DNA of 64,000 nucleotides, from assembly GCA_010015585.1 (NCBI GenBank), contig ML975151.1, one strand, 5' to 3'. The notes under the pieces were generated by a model that was not told the origin of the DNA, searched no databases, and saw only the letters and a program-made list of their open reading frames with translations. The position numbers and the translations under genes are program-made. Positions 61,695-64,000 of the stretch are shown here, one piece after another (the stretch's first letter is position 1; each line of letters starts with the position of its first letter). This DNA is from Eremomyces bilateralis CBS 781.70 (lineage: Eukaryota).

Positions 61695-62866
61695 TCATGT
61701 CAGCCGAGGCGCCTCCCCGAATGTCAAAGACTTCGTGATCTTACCGTTGTAAGCGACATCGCTTGTCGTAGGAAATCGGTCAATATCGCCCAACTCAACA
61801 ACATTCTTTGTCGCAAGCGACTTGATCCTTGCACAAAGTGCTCCTGGAGCCAGCCCAGGGGTTCCCCAAGGAGATACGCAACCAAACCGGCGACGTGAGG
61901 AGTGGCCATGGATGTTCCATCGGCAATCGCCTATAGTTCGATTGCCAGCACCCAAGGAATCAACAAATGCATCTACATGTTGCAGAAGAACTCACGGTTT
62001 CGTCATTGTTGGGCCCAATCCAAGCAGATAGAACCTGGGCACCAGGCGCGAAAACATCGACGGGTGGGCCCCAGTTCGCCCAAAATGGCCTCACATCTTG
62101 TATATCCGATGCCGACACCGTGCATGAGTACGGTGATGCGGCTGGAGAGAAATACTCCGCGGAAAGGTTCGCATTAGCTGCAGCGGCGGCAACGAATAAT
62201 CCTATACCCAAGATTAGTTGGTTTAGCACCTTGGTCTCCTTTACTTACCAGCATTGTAGGCTTGCTCTACAGCGGCATTGACTGCATCGAACTCGGGATT
62301 ATTGTATCCGTATTCTTCCGGCCAGCCGTAATTAGAAATGCCGACGGACAAACTAAGGACACCTCCTTTCCTACAGAGCGAATCTCGATTGGCTTGATAA
62401 TGGTTGATGGCCTCCTGAATGCCAGCCGGTATCGAAGCTCCTTGACAATCAAGTTCATAGCAGAACTCGATACCCAAAATGCGAGTCTTTTTCGCAATGC
62501 CGTCACCCCCGATGTGAACACTGGCAACCTTTAATGGGTGGGTTAGACGTTTACAGTGGTCTCAAGGAGCGATACTGCTTACTCGAGGGTCGGCGGATAT
62601 CCTTGCTGCTTCATCAGCAGTCAATGGAGCTACAATGCCTTGGAACTTTTCGAAGTTGTAGGTGTAAAGAGGTTTGACTATATCGAATTCGGCCGCTTCG
62701 ACGGAGTTTCCAGGCTTCAGTGTAACGATATAGTTTCTCCCATCTCCAGCGGACACTGGTAGTGACTGCTGCGGCGAAGGGAGAAGGGAATTGCCAAAAG
62801 AGCGAGGGAGAACCGCAAAGTGACTAGTAACTATGAAGGTGAGAATGGCCAATGGGAACTGAACGG
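61695..62866 (-). pseudogene. Decayed proteinase K-like subtilisin (S8A) with I9 propeptide
   Basis: Propeptide YIVTLKPG...YTYNFEKFQG, then GIAKK, SPAASP, NWGPPVDVFAPG and GTSMATPHVAGL. There is no ATG at the signal peptide, the Asp and His catalytic segments are absent, and a frameshift lies near 61865. Confidence 0.88.
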
Positions 62867-64000
62867 CTGGTTCAAGACTTGATGGGCTTGTGGTCCGTCT
62901 CTGTTGACCTTCAATCATTATCAAGAGGCTTCGGCTTTTTATATTACCTGTCTCAACACATCTAGCCGAAGAGGCTGTTCTCTTGACCCATGACTCATGA
63001 AGACATTGAGATACGATGGTTCGATTGACCGAGGCTTCCCCCAAACTCTAAATCAGTACGTATTTACATCCTCGGAGTCTCAGAGAAGGGATTACATTTG
63101 ACCTTCCATTCTCAGAAACGTTCCCAAGCATTTACCTGGCGAAAAATGAACTGGTTGTGACGACGACTGGGGTGGGAAGCATAGATATCGTTCGTGGTCG
63201 CCACTGTAAGGTTTGCGCGTACAGATTATGGAATCGAGGTTTTCGAAAAGAACTCTGGATTTCACCAATAGTTACCCCCTTTAGGATTCTTACGCATTGG
63301 CCGACTTAGGTCCCGACCAACGGGAGGCGTTGTTAGATACACGCGATAACGGACGCAATGACTTGCAGAACTTTGGTCTCCAACGGTGAATCCAACCCCT
63401 AGTATGCCTCGGTGTCAGCGAATACGAAATTACCAAGTGGCAATCCGGGGGAGATCTCAATGGTTGAATGGAGGAGTCTTCCAGAGACAGCTTGGCGCTG
63501 GACGAAGGCAATAGGCTACCTGACTCTGTTGAGTTTTATCGTGCAGGTAGTGAAAAGGGGACGTGATGGCTGCAGTCAAGAGACATTGAAGGACTTGAAG
63601 GATTTGACGGTAGGTCATGTATCCTAGCTGCATATCAAATCAAAGCCACATTTACTCCTAACTTACTGAATAGAATGCCGTGACTTACTAGGTTGCCGTG
63701 GGATTTTGCGACGCTATGTTACCGCATTCGGAAACCAGGACAGGCAAGGGCTCAGGGCTCCCCAGTCGGGCCAGTCCCCAGTTCAAATGCACATAACTAG
63801 GTATATACACGCAGGCATAGTGAGTCAAAAGTCCCACGGAATTGTACCGAATGATTACTTTTCTAGAAAATAAGTCCGCAAGGTTGCGACTTAACAGCTT
63901 CACACAATAATGCAATATCGAACCAGTGAATGACATGTTTGGTTACGTAGTGCTCTCATTCCCAGATCCGGCGTCCCCCCCAGTGTGTGTATGTTTTTTA

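Overview
This is eukaryotic DNA from a filamentous ascomycete (Pezizomycotina-type gene set, short GT-AG introns with CTRAC branch points). It is gene-dense and has one 125-N assembly gap at 17236-17360. I can support about 25 protein-coding genes and one pseudogene. Most are conserved housekeeping genes: HEM3, RPC53, Dpb11/Cut5, an alpha-arrestin, an NTF2-RRM (G3BP/Bre5) protein, PEX4, PUS4, a THI74-like DMT transporter, Rab7, IRC6, SmD3, AVT3/4, VHC1 and MAK11. There are also two Zn2Cys6 transcription factors, a DHA2 MFS pump, an NmrA-like protein and several hypothetical proteins. The items most worth follow-up are: (1) an intact secreted S10 carboxypeptidase gene whose catalytic Ser and His are both replaced, a candidate pseudoenzyme or decoy; (2) an NLR-like protein with a HeLo-like N-terminus, a ubiquitin-like domain, a Zn ribbon and ankyrin repeats, but no NOD domain; (3) a spliced 41-aa cationic microprotein gene that the ORF track misses; (4) a septin-like GTPase with a predicted tail anchor; (5) a decayed subtilisin beside a candidate solo LTR and an 18-bp tandem repeat. 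I recognised no tRNA, rRNA or CRISPR array. All family assignments come from motif recognition by eye, not from database searches.
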